From NCBI GenBank assembly GCA_050575255.1, contig JBNZDD010013654.1, positions 3,534,924 through 3,598,923 of the forward strand: a DNA stretch of 64,000 nucleotides, written 5' to 3'. The notes beneath the pieces were generated by a model. It ran no database searches. It was given only the letters and a program-made list of their open reading frames with translations, and had not been told where the DNA came from. This stretch comes from Harriotta raleighana (lineage: Eukaryota). Position 1 is the first letter of the stretch, and every line of letters starts with the position of its first letter. Both the position numbers and the translations under genes were made by a program. Positions 13,128-26,269 of the stretch are shown piece after piece.

Positions 13128-13482
13128 GGAATCCTGTCGCTTAGTGATTAGAGCATTTGCCTCACAATCAAGAGTACCTAGGATCAATTCCCAGCAGGGC
13201 AAAATGTTAAGCAAGTTTCCTTACTCCACAGGCCTCTGTTTACCAACCAGTAAGTAGTAAGTGGTTACTTGTCAATTGGCGGATCATTTTTCTGGAGGTT
13301 ATCCCTTCAAAAACAAACCAAAAATAATAACAATAATACAGTACTTTGGTCACTGAATCCATTACTGTTTGTGGGACACTGCTGTGCGCAATTAGCTGCC
13401 ACATTTTGCCCACAAAATATATATTATGTGATGCGCTAGACATAATAATGTGCTATATCAAACACAAGGATTATTGTTATTA
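13128..13482 (+). mobile_element. SINE, long variant with an extra ~65-bp central block
   Basis: Degenerate A/B-box head, extra block at about 13236-13298, Deu-like tgtttgtgggacactgctgtgcgcaattagctgcc, tail. Confidence 0.8.
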
Positions 13483-15164
13483 TATACCTGAATGTCTATG
13501 AGGCTAATGCAGGAAAAATTACTCAGGCAGTAGATCATTATTACTGAATTGGTGGACATCCTTATCATGCATCCAACCCAGCTACTGCTACATAGAGTTG
13601 AATGCATTATTGCATTCACAAACATTGGTGGTCCTGAGTTCTGTAAGCCAGTCAATAAACAATTAATATTTGGCTCCATTTCAGAGGAAGTTTAAGTGGG
13701 TTAAGGAGTGAGGCTAAAAATGTCGTACTTCCAGAGCAGAGTTCCTATTGGTCAATTTGATGCTCTCTTGGCATTTTCATATCAATCATTTTAAATTCCA
13801 TTGTAATGTATTCTGAATGTATTTATAGTTTTCAAGGTTCTAAAGCCTAAATTGTCAAATTCCTAAATCAGCTAAACATGGGTTGAAAAATGTACAATAG
13901 GATGTGGTAATTGTTATCAGTGTTGATTATCATGACATCAACAACAACAAAATTGCAAAACTGTAGTGGAGCCAGTCAATAACTAGTAACTAGCCAATAG
14001 TGTGCTTCCACCTTTCCCGATCTAAGTTAAACCAATATTTCATGATACATTGGCCGACAAAAGACTTGAGTAATTTTCAGATCCACCTATTGTGCGAATA
14101 ATAATTATCACATCACAAGTTGCTATTTTCAACCTGATATGCTGTGGTACACATGTTAGACCACAATTAATTTGTCAAACATGCTTTGCAGGTTTTCTAT
14201 TTATTTAGCAATTCTTGTTTGGGGAAGCTAGTCTGACTGTTGACTCAGTACAGATCCCAATGCAGGGACTCAATGTGAGGTAGCAGTCCAACTGCTCATT
14301 GCTGGTGACCTAGTATAACCACTGCTTCGCTCCTTCTAAAAACCTTATTGTGGGACTGATTCACTTTCATGCAGAAGCACTTCATCATAAAACTCATATG
14401 AGAATAGAAGGTAATAAAGCCAACTCCTCACATAGCCAAATCCTATCTTGCCATGCACTTGATTCTCATCCAATGGGGTAACATTTGTGGAGTTCCTTCA
14501 ACTTATTCTTGTCAAAGTTAGCACAATAAACACATTAATAAATAATATTTTTGAGTATAGTGTCTGAGATTTCTCAAAATATAATTTAACTGTAATGTAC
14601 AGAGACTCTGTATTTTGCAGTTGTAGTTGAATGCAGTGGCCAATTCTAGAGATAGATTGATGGAATGGAATGCACAATGTCACCGTGGATGGATCCTGTT
14701 TATCTAATTCCAGAAAGTATTAGGCGCAGGTTGGCAAGAGCTAAGGCTTGGGGGCCTCAGACTATCCATTGGAGCTGCTGCTATACTCTAACCAACTAAA
14801 ACCGCTTTGCTTGCCTTTGATATTGCTATCTGGCAAGCCTTCCTGCTGCCTCTCCAGCCCGGACTACCCTACCTGTTAGTGCTTTGGCTTGTAGGGTTAA
14901 CATGAGTTGAATGGGACGACTCTGCCCACAGTGACTGGCCTTCCCTTCCGGATTTTGTCGATGAGCTAGGCCGGCTGTGATATCATCAGCAGTGACCTGG
15001 AATACTTACTGTAAACCCATCTGGTTTAGAAACTGGATTATCAAGACCCCCACAGAAAGTTGGCTCTATTGTGCCATTCCTTTAACAAGCAGTCATCTTG
15101 TAGTTAGTTCAGTTCCAAACCCCCACCCCCAAGGATCAGTCACTAATTGGTCATTTCAATATTG

Positions 15165-16210
15165 CTGAGGTGAGGGAAGGCAGAGTGGATTATTGCTTGT
15201 ATGTAGGGGACGAAAGACAGTTGTGGATCAAACAAGACACCTGGGTTCCTGGCTGGCTTGATGGGATTGAGTGTGCAACCATGGAGGTTGATGCTATCAG
15301 TCCTGATGTTGAGCCAATTAGGAGGACCTTGGTTTTGTTGACATTCAACTGTAGAAAGTTAGCTCTCATCCAGGACATGATGTTTGAAAGGCAGTCTGTC
15401 TGCACAGTAGTTTTCCTGGAGTCGAAGCTATAGGCAGAAAGATAGAATTGGGTGTCATCTGCATACATGTGGAAGTTGACCACATGTCTGTGGATGATGT
15501 CACCAAGGGGGAGCATGTAGTTAACAATTAGGGTGCCAAGGACAGTGTCCTGGGGGACGCCACAGGTGATAGTGCAGGGGCTGGAAGAGAAGCTATTGGT
15601 GGCGACAAAGTGGATAAGGTGAGAAATGTAGGAATCGTGAAGATTGAGCTGGGAGGTGAGGCAGTGTAGGAGGATGTAGTGGTCGACTGTGTCATACACA
15701 GCAGAGATGACGAGGAGGACAAGGTGGTAGGAAGAGCCCTAATCACAGATATTTAGAATATCATTAAATACTTTCACCAGGGCTGTCTCCAGGCTACCGG
15801 CAACACCAAAGCCAGATTGCAGGGTTCGATAGAGTTGGAGCTGAGAAATGAGGGGAAAAGTTGGGATTGGATCGAGGGAGCTGGTGGTGTTTCATTTTTT
15901 GGATGAGAGCAGAGAGAGCGGGGTGGAGAGGGGGTCAACGTTGTGTAGTGGGGGGTGGGACTACGCCATCGGCTCCCCCCCAACTCTCCCCCCCTCACTC
16001 TCCTTTCCCCTCCCCCTCGCTCTACCCCTGACCACCCCCCAACTCTGCTCAGGTCCCGACCTGACTGTCCAGCGGTTTGGGATGTCCTCCCGACGTGAAA
16101 GGCGCTATACAAGTGTAATTTTGTTGTTGTTATTATTGTTGGGAGGGTGGTAGATCCTGGGGGAGAGGTAATGGGGAAGCAGTTTGGATGGTGTAGAGGT
16201 GGCTGAAAAG
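15165..16210 (-). mobile_element. L2 LINE RT pseudogene with a + strand L2 3' end (about 15960-16140) nested in it
   Basis: ORF 15190-15699: YDTVDHYILL...CGVPQDTVLG...FHMYADDTQFYL...WMRANFLQLNVNKT. Confidence 0.9.
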
Positions 16211-18989
16211 ATACCCTCAATTTTTGATGCGAGTTTTGATTTGATTTTTGATCAAATTCGCCTTCCACCGTTCTGGAAGTCACTTGACATGTTGTATCCT
16301 AAGCTGTGTATTGTATGCCAAAATATTATTTTCTTGCAGACATCTATCCAATTTATCTGCATCTGAGGTTAATTGGGTTTTCTTGTAAATAAAACTACAC
16401 CTTAATCTGAATTCTGGTACACCAGTCAAAGAAATGACAAAACACTCATTTAAAATTTTCCCCCTCTTTTTGAATTCATTTTTTAAAAATGCAACCTGAA
16501 ACTGCTGCCATGAGCATATAAGTGGACTGAACAAACTGCAACTACATATTGTTACTTGCTTAATATTTGTTTTTCAGGCAGCACCAACAGGGTAAAGTGA
16601 TGGAGAAGTTAGATTTATTCATCTGAAAGGCCTGGATAGCTTCAGTATGCTTGAAGAAATACTAAATAATAAATTAAACGTGTCTTAAAGTACCACTAGA
16701 GAACCAAGGTATAGCATAACCTGGTTTGCGAAAAAAGGGTTGTTGCTTTTGTGGTGAGATGTCATGAATGCTTCAATATGCCTTCAGGAGATCACTGCAA
16801 TCAGGAGCAGAATTTGGTTTTAGAATTTGTTGAATTGCATTGAAATCACTTTCAAAGTTCTATCAACAAGTTCTTCTCATTAATTGGTTTAGAAATTGCA
16901 ACTCCAGTGACTTTATTCCATGTGNCATTGAAATCACTTTCAAAGTTCTATCAACAAGTTCTTCTCATTAATTGGTTTAGAAATTGCAACTCCAGTGACT
17001 TTATTCCATGTGTATTCCATGTGTATTTAGAATATTACCAGTAATTACTGGATCATAGGTATTTTCAGAAACAGTTTCCTTTAATTAATGTGTTCAGCAC
17101 CTTGGGATGTCCTCCCGACTGAAAGGCGTTATACAAATGTGTTGTTGTTCAATGGTGTGACATAATCAACTGCTCAAAAGATGCTAATAGTCTGACAGAT
17201 ACTGCATATCAGTAAGTGCCAACCACCTTAAAACATGTTGTTACCATAGAAACAAGACGATTAAAAACGAAATTAGTTTTGGGAAACTGATGTCAGAGGA
17301 GTACTCTAAATAACAATATAAATTGTTTAGATCCCAGGTTTTATTCGTACTGTGCCTCATATGTTGTCAGTTTTCAATACAGTGTGTCATTTAACAATGT
17401 AACGACTATCAAGGTGGCATAGGGAAACTTGTTCCAGTGAATTATCTGTCTGGCCATTACTTTGGATGTGCAATAATAAAACAATCTCCGCTGGGGGAAC
17501 AAAAACATAGTAACTGATTATTTACATTACAATTATACTCAAATCTATTACAAATACCAGCTGCAGGGGTAACTTTGCTCATTTCACACTGGGTGGGAGA
17601 TAAATATAATTCAGTACAAGCGAGACATATTGTAAGAAGGGAAAAGCTTTATTCCAACACCACAGATATTCCCAATGTGCACTCTCGGGTTCTCATTCTC
17701 TTAATTATAACCAATGTGGATATGGAATGAAAACTGGTTAAACAAAATTACATTTATATAGCGACGTTCACAACAGCGAGACATCCCAAGTAATATCATA
17801 TGAATGTCACATATATTTATATAAACAGAAGAACTGATAGATGTACCAATGAGCTTTTTTGAATTCTTAACTTCAAATAAATTAGCTGATATAATGCAAT
17901 AGACATCCCAACATGTATCAATAAAAAGATTAAAGAAGATTTTATTATATCTGTTCACATGACGATGAAACAGTCGAATTATTAGAAACAGCAGCAGCTC
18001 AGTTAATCCTCAAGTTTAATCAGCTAAAACCATGCAATCTAAAAAGTTGCATAGTTTTAGGTGGTAATCATCTCAGAGCTCTGTCTAGAGAGCAAGTATT
18101 TTGAGACACTTTCCTGCGTGAGGGGCAATAAATAAATGTAATTTATTGCAGTTATTTTAGCTGGTTAGACTCGAGCAGTACCCCAATGTATATAGGATGT
18201 GAAATGCAATTGAGAAAGGAAACCCCAAACAATACATTTTAATCATAGAACATGAAAGTAACAATTTCAGGACAGACACCAAGAATATTTTTTTCCCCCA
18301 GAGTGTAATTAAAGACTAGAACAGGTTAGCAACAGCTTGATGCTGTGCTGGGAAGTTAAAGGGGGTTGTATCAAAGATTATGGATTGTGAAATACAACAC
18401 AGAAGGAACAATTGTTTTTTTTTAAAAAACAAAGCATAATTGGTGATAAGCTATTAATAGAGGATAAAAATGCATGGACCATAAATGCTTTCTAAAATCA
18501 TAAATATGACTTGAAAGCAATGGAAATTAACTAGAGGGAAAACTGAAGACTGGCACTTATGCCTAGAATTTTAAATGAGAAACAATTTACTGTGTTGACA
18601 AAAAGTACCATGCTTTGCTTGTAACTTTCTAATAATCTTTGTTAAAAATGATAATTGATGAAAATGATAACTACCAGAGAATGTTTGTGTACAATCAGAA
18701 AACACTATTTATTGTTGTAACCCACCCACAGGTTGGATATCTGTAATTCAATTTATTATCTTCTTGCTTATTTTTCTGTTCCAGAATATTGAGTCATTGA
18801 GCCATTCTGAGTCATTATGGATTTGTTGCATCTGAATTTCACTAGGTTTCTTTGGTGTGGAATTCCTTTCTTAGAGTATGTAAAATCCAAGAATAAGAAG
18901 CCTAAATACCTAACATTACCAGATAGTTCAGATAATAAACCTATTGGACACATTAGACCACATCCTACCAGAATACAGTCTTATTTTTC

Positions 18990-19372
18990 ACAAGTGAGTG
19001 AACCCGGATTGAATTTCTGCACGGGGAAAACTTTAGGTTAGTTTCCTAACTTCACATAACTCTATTTATCAAACAGTATGTAGGAACATGTTTTTTAGCC
19101 AATTGATGGATTGCATTCTGGGAGTAATAATCCTTTTTTAAAAAAACAATTTGGTCATTGAATCCACTATTGTTTGTGGGACACTGCTGTGCATAATCGG
19201 CTAATGTGTTTCACTCACAAAATATAAAGTTAATTCACTTGATGGTATATTCTGTAAAATACAACAACAACCACAACAAAATTATATTGATAGAGTGCCT
19301 TTCACAATGGGAGGACACTTTGAGATGGCTCATGATGTGATAAGGCGCTATATCAAATGCAAAGATTTTGTT
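18990..19372 (+). mobile_element. SINE long variant (old) with an antisense L2 tail inserted at about 19261-19316
   Basis: Same extra central block as the 13128 copy; tail split by acaacaac...tgggaggaca. Confidence 0.7.
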
Positions 19373-19911
19373 TTCCTCTTAGAACAGCATCAAACTGTAA
19401 ATAAGCCTTGACAACCATTGCTAGTAACGTGTTCCAGTCATAAATTACGCACGGGGTAAAGAAATAATTCCAGGTGCCTGTCCTGAAATTGCCTTTTGTT
19501 GGTCTCATGTTCTGCTGCCCTAAAAGTATTGCTTTGGGTTTGTTTTCTCAATTCCATTTCACATCTTGTATGCCTTTGAAATGCTATTCTCAAGGCTGAA
19601 GAGCTTGTCTAATTGATGCATATAATTCAGCACAGTACCTTGAAAATGTTGTATTGGACATTGTTTGCTAGTTGCTGATGAATGGCAAATAAAGTTCAAT
19701 ACAAATAAATGGCGTTACACATAGGAATTAAAAATACGAAGCATACATATGTATTTGAAGAGCTCTGAGAGGCCGTCCAGTGTGAAGGGTGCTACATAAA
19801 TCAATGTGTTGTTGTTATATTTGGAGGCCCCATGGTACAGCTTATATCTGAAAGACATGGAATATGCAACATTTTATAATTATTAAGAGTTTAGAATTAT
19901 CAAACTTATTC

Positions 19912-20070
19912 GCAACAACAATTTACATTTATACACCCCACCCCAGGGTAGCATCCCAGAGCGTTTGACTGTGGGAGAATCTGACTCAAACCAGGTGGTG
20001 GGGAGGTGACCGAAGAACATGGTCGAAAAGGAAGGTCCTCAGGCACAACCTGAAGTTGGGAATGGATGGA
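19912..20070 (-). mobile_element. L2 3' fragment (second subfamily)
   Basis: caacaacaatttacatttata...gaaggtcctcaggcacaacctgaag. Confidence 0.65.
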
Positions 20071-20507
20071 GCAAAACAAAGGAACACAAAGCACCTATGT
20101 TTATAAGCATTGTTTTATGTTTTAGGACAAATATACAAAATATAAGAGTAATGGGAGCCCATGGTAATAAAATGATGTCATTGTGAAAGCAAGTTGTTGC
20201 CCGAAGTTTTTCTTGACAGATGGAATGAGTAGAATGACATGTTGATGTCTTTCATAGAGTCGATAAGGTATGCACATCTCAGTGGAATAAATTCTGTTGA
20301 AAAATGTCTTGGTCAGCTGGGTGTTAGACATATGCAGAAATCTAAGGAAATCTAACCAGAAAGAGTTCCATTTATGCACATAACAATTTCCATTTACAAT
20401 ATATTACACAGTAGGGCATGTCAGAGAGCTGCACACATTGAAGAGGAAGGTAACAATAGGCCCGGGATAAGATGTAAGTAGAGGGATTGAAGCAGAGCAT
20501 AACATTT

Positions 20508-21026
20508 CTCTCTCTCTCTGTGGTCTCTCTCTCTCCCTCTCTGTGGGTGTGTATGTGTGTGTGTCTTTCTCTCTCTCTGTGTCTAGGTGTGTGTCTCTCT
20601 CTGTCTGTCTGTGTGAGTATGTCTGTGTGTCTCTCTCTCCCCCTCTCTCTCTATGTGTCTGTGTGTGTCTCCGTCTCTCTGTGTCTCTCTCGCTCTCTGT
20701 ATCTGATTGTGTCTCTCTCTCTCTGTGTGTCTCTCTATCTGTATGTGTCTCTCTATCTGTGTGTGGGTGTCCCTCTATCTGTGTCCCTCTCTCACCTGTA
20801 AAAATGGCTGCTGTTTCAGGGCTCTGAGCATCTCATCAGACACGCCTAGTGACCAACCATGAGTACTGCACTCGCGAGTACTGCACTCTCTTGGAAAAGT
20901 CCATTCATTAAATGCAATCACTATTTGCCGGATAACTTACAGTTAATCGAATCGGGACTTTTTTTTGAGGTGGCGGTTGAACGGGTTTTCCAGTTCATCG
21001 AGTCACGGATAAACAAGGTTTTACTG
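20508..21026 (+). mobile_element. Tigger/pogo-like MITE, right half including (TC/TG)n low-complexity core
   Basis: Ends cggataaacaaggttttactg + TA; matches 9641-9999. Confidence 0.8.
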
Positions 21027-22554
21027 TAGTATGTTTTAATAAGAGCTGCTGAAAAATAAGTCTTTTACAGTTGTTGGTCCCCATACTGTGAATACCTGCA
21101 GTGTAATCCTGTACTTTCTTCTTTTAATGAAATCACTGCCATGAAATTCTCATTTTTTATACCATCATGAGCAAGAATGCATGCTACATTTTCTACTTAA
21201 TAGCAAGTATGTAAATCAGCCATCTCACCACAGTGATCTATTAATTTATTCCATTCAATGGAAAATAGAAAGTGCAGCTTGAAATAATTTTAGAGTGATT
21301 CTTGTCAGTCGTGGGTAGATTTACATTGTGACTGATCCTTCAATGTCAGCAACTACACCCACTAATGTTTTTTTGCCAAACTAATAATAGAACTTGTTCT
21401 ATGTTGCAGAAGTTGCAATCTTACTTGTTTACCCCAGTAACTCAATTCATCTTACAAAATGCATTATAATTTGAAATATTAATACTCTATTTCTATTAGC
21501 ATTTGTGTTGACCTTTAAGGGAACTCCAATCTACATGTGCATTATGTCAATGTAAAGTTTCTGTGGGTTTGTGTAAAGTACTGTATTGGAATTACTAAAA
21601 AGACTTCATCTATTTGCACAGATTCTTTTATTTAAAAAGTATCTGGAAAGCAATAAAAAGAAAGAAAAATTACAATTTAGTACGCCAAACATTACTTTGA
21701 AATTCAATGATGTTTGCAGTTATTATGTTGAATTTGTGTCAGCAATATCTTATGGTGAGAAACACGATTAATTAATCTGTTTTGTGGTGCTGAGATTCTG
21801 AAAGCTATGCATCCGTTAAGCTTTATATCAGATTTCTTGATATAGAAGGGAAAACAATACCTTTGAAAGACTGACAATTTAAAACTATCATAAAAAATGA
21901 AGAGGGACCCTGAACACTTCTGTTTCAAAATTATGTCAATAATTTTGACTAAAACCGTATTAATGTTGCATGCTGAGACACCTCCTGTTCTGAGAAAAAG
22001 CAGCCAGCGATGTTGTTCTTTGGGTAGGAGGCGTAATTGCAACAGGAAAGAATAAACTAGTTTGTTAATCAATTTTGTATGGTTGTACACACCACCATAA
22101 CGGCTCTAAATGTTGTATCCTCTATTTCCATTTATTTCACTTCCTCCCACACTAAAGGCAATTCCCTGCCAAGAGGACCAAACAACCTGCTTTAAAGTCT
22201 CTGCCAATTATGAGTTTAAGGAACTCATATCAATATTTTGCAATGAATAAAGATATTTGATCTTACTCGGTCAGATACAGTAAGGATTGGAATCATAAAA
22301 GTGGCAGTTTGCAATGAATTCAACAATATTGATTTGGAATTGTAACAGGCAATCTTGCCAAACTGGCAGCATATCTTGCTACTTTATGGGAATCCCGCCA
22401 TCTATATTTGACATTTCAAAACAGGGATCCTGTCATGGATTGTCATCTACTGGCAGCATTTTCCGTTTAATCATTGACTTTGATTTGGTGTTGGTGAAAT
22501 GTCTCAAAGTGTTTCATAGGCTTTTTTGTAAAGTGTAGCGACGGTATATGTAGG

Positions 22555-22867
22555 GAAATGCCATGTAGCTCAGTCGTTAGAGCTGACAAGCTCTAATGTT
22601 ACCACTCACCTTACAAGCGAGAGATCTGGGTTAAATTCCAGGAAGGGAGAAACCTTGGGCTAGTTTCCTTACTCCACATGCCTAATAATAATCCCTCCAA
22701 AAAAATTATAAAAATAGGTCATTTTAACCCACGACTATTTGTGGAACACTGCTGTGCCCAATTGGCTGCTGAGGTTTGCCCACATATATACAGTCAATTC
22801 ACTTTACAGTTTATTTCTAGAAGATGTAAATAGCGCTATATCAAAATGCAGGGATTATTATTATTAT
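22555..22867 (+). mobile_element. tRNA/Deu-type SINE, full length
   Basis: A box tagctcagtcg, B box ggttaaattcc, body, (ATT)n tail. Confidence 0.9.
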
Positions 22868-23599
22868 GTGCCACTGATTTGCACAGTTGCATGCTTCATT
22901 GAAGGACATCAGATCTAAAAATGGAGTGCGTCTACCGTATTGCATTGCTGTGACCGTCTTAACTATGTTTCAAAGTGCCAGCATGGAGTTGAACCTTGGT
23001 GATGCTGACCTATGTTGAGAACCACCTCCTTTTATCCAATTCATAATCTTATAAATTAACAATTACTGTTTCCAATATGTTACTTTTCAGGTAACCATCT
23101 TTCTAGAAACCGTCTCCCGGGTGGACTGTCTTAAACTCAGCTTTAGCATTTTATTATTCAGAGTTTATGAAATATTTTGAATAGTTAAGAATGTTACGGC
23201 TGAACAATCTAATCTGACTTCAACTAAAAACTCTTTTGCAGCTCAGGGCCGATGGTAAACAGCTATCAGCAGCAATATAGAAACAACTTCACACAAAAGA
23301 ACTGCAGACCTTAATCTAGATATCAACTTTCACTGATCTCCGGGGAAGCTGTGTACAATGAACTAGTGTTAAAACCTTTTTGCTGCTCTGTGGGGGTAGA
23401 CTGAGAACTCAGCAGAGCCCTGCCGGGAAACATAGCAGTCAGTGCATTGATAGCCAGAGACGGTTACCTCTGGAGCGAAAATGATGTCCTAGTGCATGCT
23501 ATGACCCACCAGAGGTAACAACATGTTGCTTTATATTGCCCAAGACAGTCAGTTACTGCTGCCAAAAGTGCTAAGTGCAATTCTAGCGTAACTGCACTG

Positions 23600-24030
23600 A
23601 CTTCCCATCACTCAGAGGATTCAATTCAAGATCATGGTCCTCACCTTCAAAGCCCTCCATGGTCTTGCCCACCACTACCTCTGTGTCTTCCTAACCTGTT
23701 ACCAACATATCTGTTCTCTCCGCTGAACAGGCTCCGGCCTACTCCACGTCCCCCGACCCAGCATCGATGTGTGAACTTTCAGCCCCTCAGCCTCCAACCT
23801 TTGGAATTCCATGATGCTTTCTCCACCCAGCCCATTCCTTAGTGTTCTCCAAGACCTGCCTCAAGATCCTTCTCTTCACCTGTGCCATTGGTCACTCCCT
23901 TCTTCCCCCCCATTCGCTCCACTCTTCCTGATACCAGCTCGGGTCCAAAACACTGACTGTCCAGGGCATTGGGACGTCCACAGGACATTGAAAGACACTA
24001 TAGAAATTTAATTTTGTTGTTTTTGTTGTG
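23600..24030 (+). mobile_element. L2 3' fragment
   Basis: ttcaattcaagatcatggtcctcaccttcaaagccctccatgg (QFKI.VLTFKALHG) through the tail. Confidence 0.85.
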
Positions 24031-24641
24031 TTAATGTAAAAATCAGTTTAATGAGAACAGTTAGCTAGTTGAGTTAAATTCCTGGTGCTTTCTCCCCTCT
24101 TTAAAAAATGTCTCCTTTAATTATAATTTTTTTATACACACTTACCATTTTCCTGTGTAGCTATGTAACTTCTCTTTACTTTCAAAACTAGGATTTACAG
24201 CTACCCATTAATACATAAAGCTGTAAATCCTCTGAATAGACTCCCACAAGGATGAGCTACAAGCAAACAAATTTCCCATTAGATCCTTCATAGATCCCAG
24301 AAAGCCATTCAGGAAACTTTTTCAATAGAGGCTCATATTCCACAATCAAAACCACAAGAAGACAATACCCCCCGTGTCCCATGTGATTACCTAAGGCATG
24401 TGTGGTGATTTTATTTAATCCCTTCATTTTATTAATGTTAGCTTAGTGCAATTATCTAGAAGTATACACTTTCAATTAAATGCTGCTGACAGGAGACTGA
24501 CCTTTTGGAAATATAAGTGAGATAACAGCTTTTACACTAATTCATTGGAAGCTTTAGTGAAATACTGATGGCATGCTAACTTCGTATTGAAGTTGCTCCA
24601 AGGAGTTAGAGAACATTTGTTGGATTGTTTACAGATATATA

Positions 24642-25290
24642 ACTACAAGAACAAAGTTACATTCTTATAGCGCCTCTCACGTCGGGAGGATGTCCCAAGG
24701 TGCTAGACAAACAGTATTTTCAGACCCGAGGGGGGTGGGGTGGGCGAGTAGGGTAACGTGAAGCAGGCTAGAGCACACTAAGCGGAGGGAGCTGGCAGGT
24801 TGATGGGGGGGTACAAGGTTATAATGGTAGGGGAGTGAGGCCTTTGGAGGCTCTGAAGGTGAGGATCAGGATCTGGAACTGTATCCTGTATGTGATGGGA
24901 ATAACAACAACAACAAAATTACAATTATAGAGCGCCTTTCATGTCGGTCAGATGTCCCAAGGAGCTGAAGGTGGGAAGCTGGTGAAGTTGGGCGAGGGTG
25001 GTGGTGATATGGTCATGGAGTATAATGCGGGGGATGGGCTAGGAATGGGATATAGGCTGCAGGGTTCTGTATGATATGCAGCCTGTAGAGGGAGGAGTTG
25101 GGAAGGCTGACAAAAAAATGAATTTGCAAAGTCAAGCCTGGATGTTATGAATGCATATATGAGAGTTGTGTTGGCCTCGGTGTGAGTCAATGGCAGAGCC
25201 AGGCAATGTTGCGGAGGTGGGGGAAGGCAGAGCAAGTCATGACATGGATGTTGGGTAGAAAGGATAGTTGAGAGTTGAAGTAGGCATCCA
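24642..25290 (-). mobile_element. L2 3' fragment with a nested second L2 tail (about 24903-24963)
   Basis: LIYAFITSRLDFANSF in ORF 24948-25331; two tail motifs. Confidence 0.85.
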
Positions 25291-26269
25291 TGTTCCGGAC
25301 TATATTCCGTGGCATTTGTAATTAGAAACATTTTGCTTTTTGATACCGTAAAGTCTTTTAAATATATTGTTGTTTGACCACATTAGTTTCCATGTGAGAA
25401 TATAACACAATATTGGCTGAAAAAAATGTATGAATGGGCTTGATTTGCATTGCACAAACAGGCAAACTGAAATAAATCGAAAATGAATATTTTGTGCTTT
25501 GCCTTGTGGCATTTTAGATTTACTGAACTGTATCACTTTGCAGGGCCCATGCGGAGTTGTCATTTGCATATGTTAGTTGTTTGAATTGTCTTTGTATAAT
25601 GTTCTATGCTAAAGATTTATGCAATAAAATATCGAATCAAAACATTAAACATTAAAAATCGAATTACGGAGAGAAAGTGATCAATAAACTGGTCTCTCAC
25701 TTAAAAAGAGGAATATGGAGATAAAGGGCAAACAGCAGGGATCTCAGTGGAAAAATAAAGGATAAGGGAATGAAGAAATTGGTGTATTTGGAAAATGATA
25801 TTAAACTAATTGTAGTTCTTGCTTGTTGGGGATGAATGATTTCTGATGGAATCAACTTAGAAAATAATAAATAATTATCACAATGGAAAAAAAGCAGAAT
25901 AACTAAACTGGAAGTGATTCAGTGTGAATCATTGAAGAGTGGGTTGCTATGTATGTGTTAGCACTAAGATATTTAGCAATGACAGTTTGTGTTGAAGCTG
26001 TAGCAGTTAAAATGAGAATCAGCTGGTAGCTTTGAACGTGAAAAACTGCTGGGTGTGTGATTGCAGCACTGTCCATATGTTGTCTGTAAATATATCCACC
26101 TACAGTGAAATATTTGAATGTGGAAAACTGAGAGAATAGTGGAGGCAGAATGCCTGAACATAATTAAACTAACTAAATATGTGTCCGAAACCATTTGCTA
26201 AGAGAAATGTATGTGATGGTGATGCTTCAGCTGCATGCTTTGGATGTGAGCGTACAGATATGCAACAAA

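Noticed and set aside
15190-15699. 169-aa ORF with YADD
   Set aside because: Decayed L2 reverse transcriptase fragment, not a novel RT system
16838-17012. 87-bp tandem duplication
   Set aside because: Split by a single n (16925); assembly overlap artefact
20487-20827. Hydrophobic Cys/Leu/Ser/Val-rich ORFs (also 9410-9784 and 4406-4621)
   Set aside because: Translations of TC/TG or TTTG microsatellites
23075-23097. ttttcag|gtaacc recursive-splice-like motif (also near 36270)
   Set aside because: Weak donors and expected by chance in AT-rich sequence
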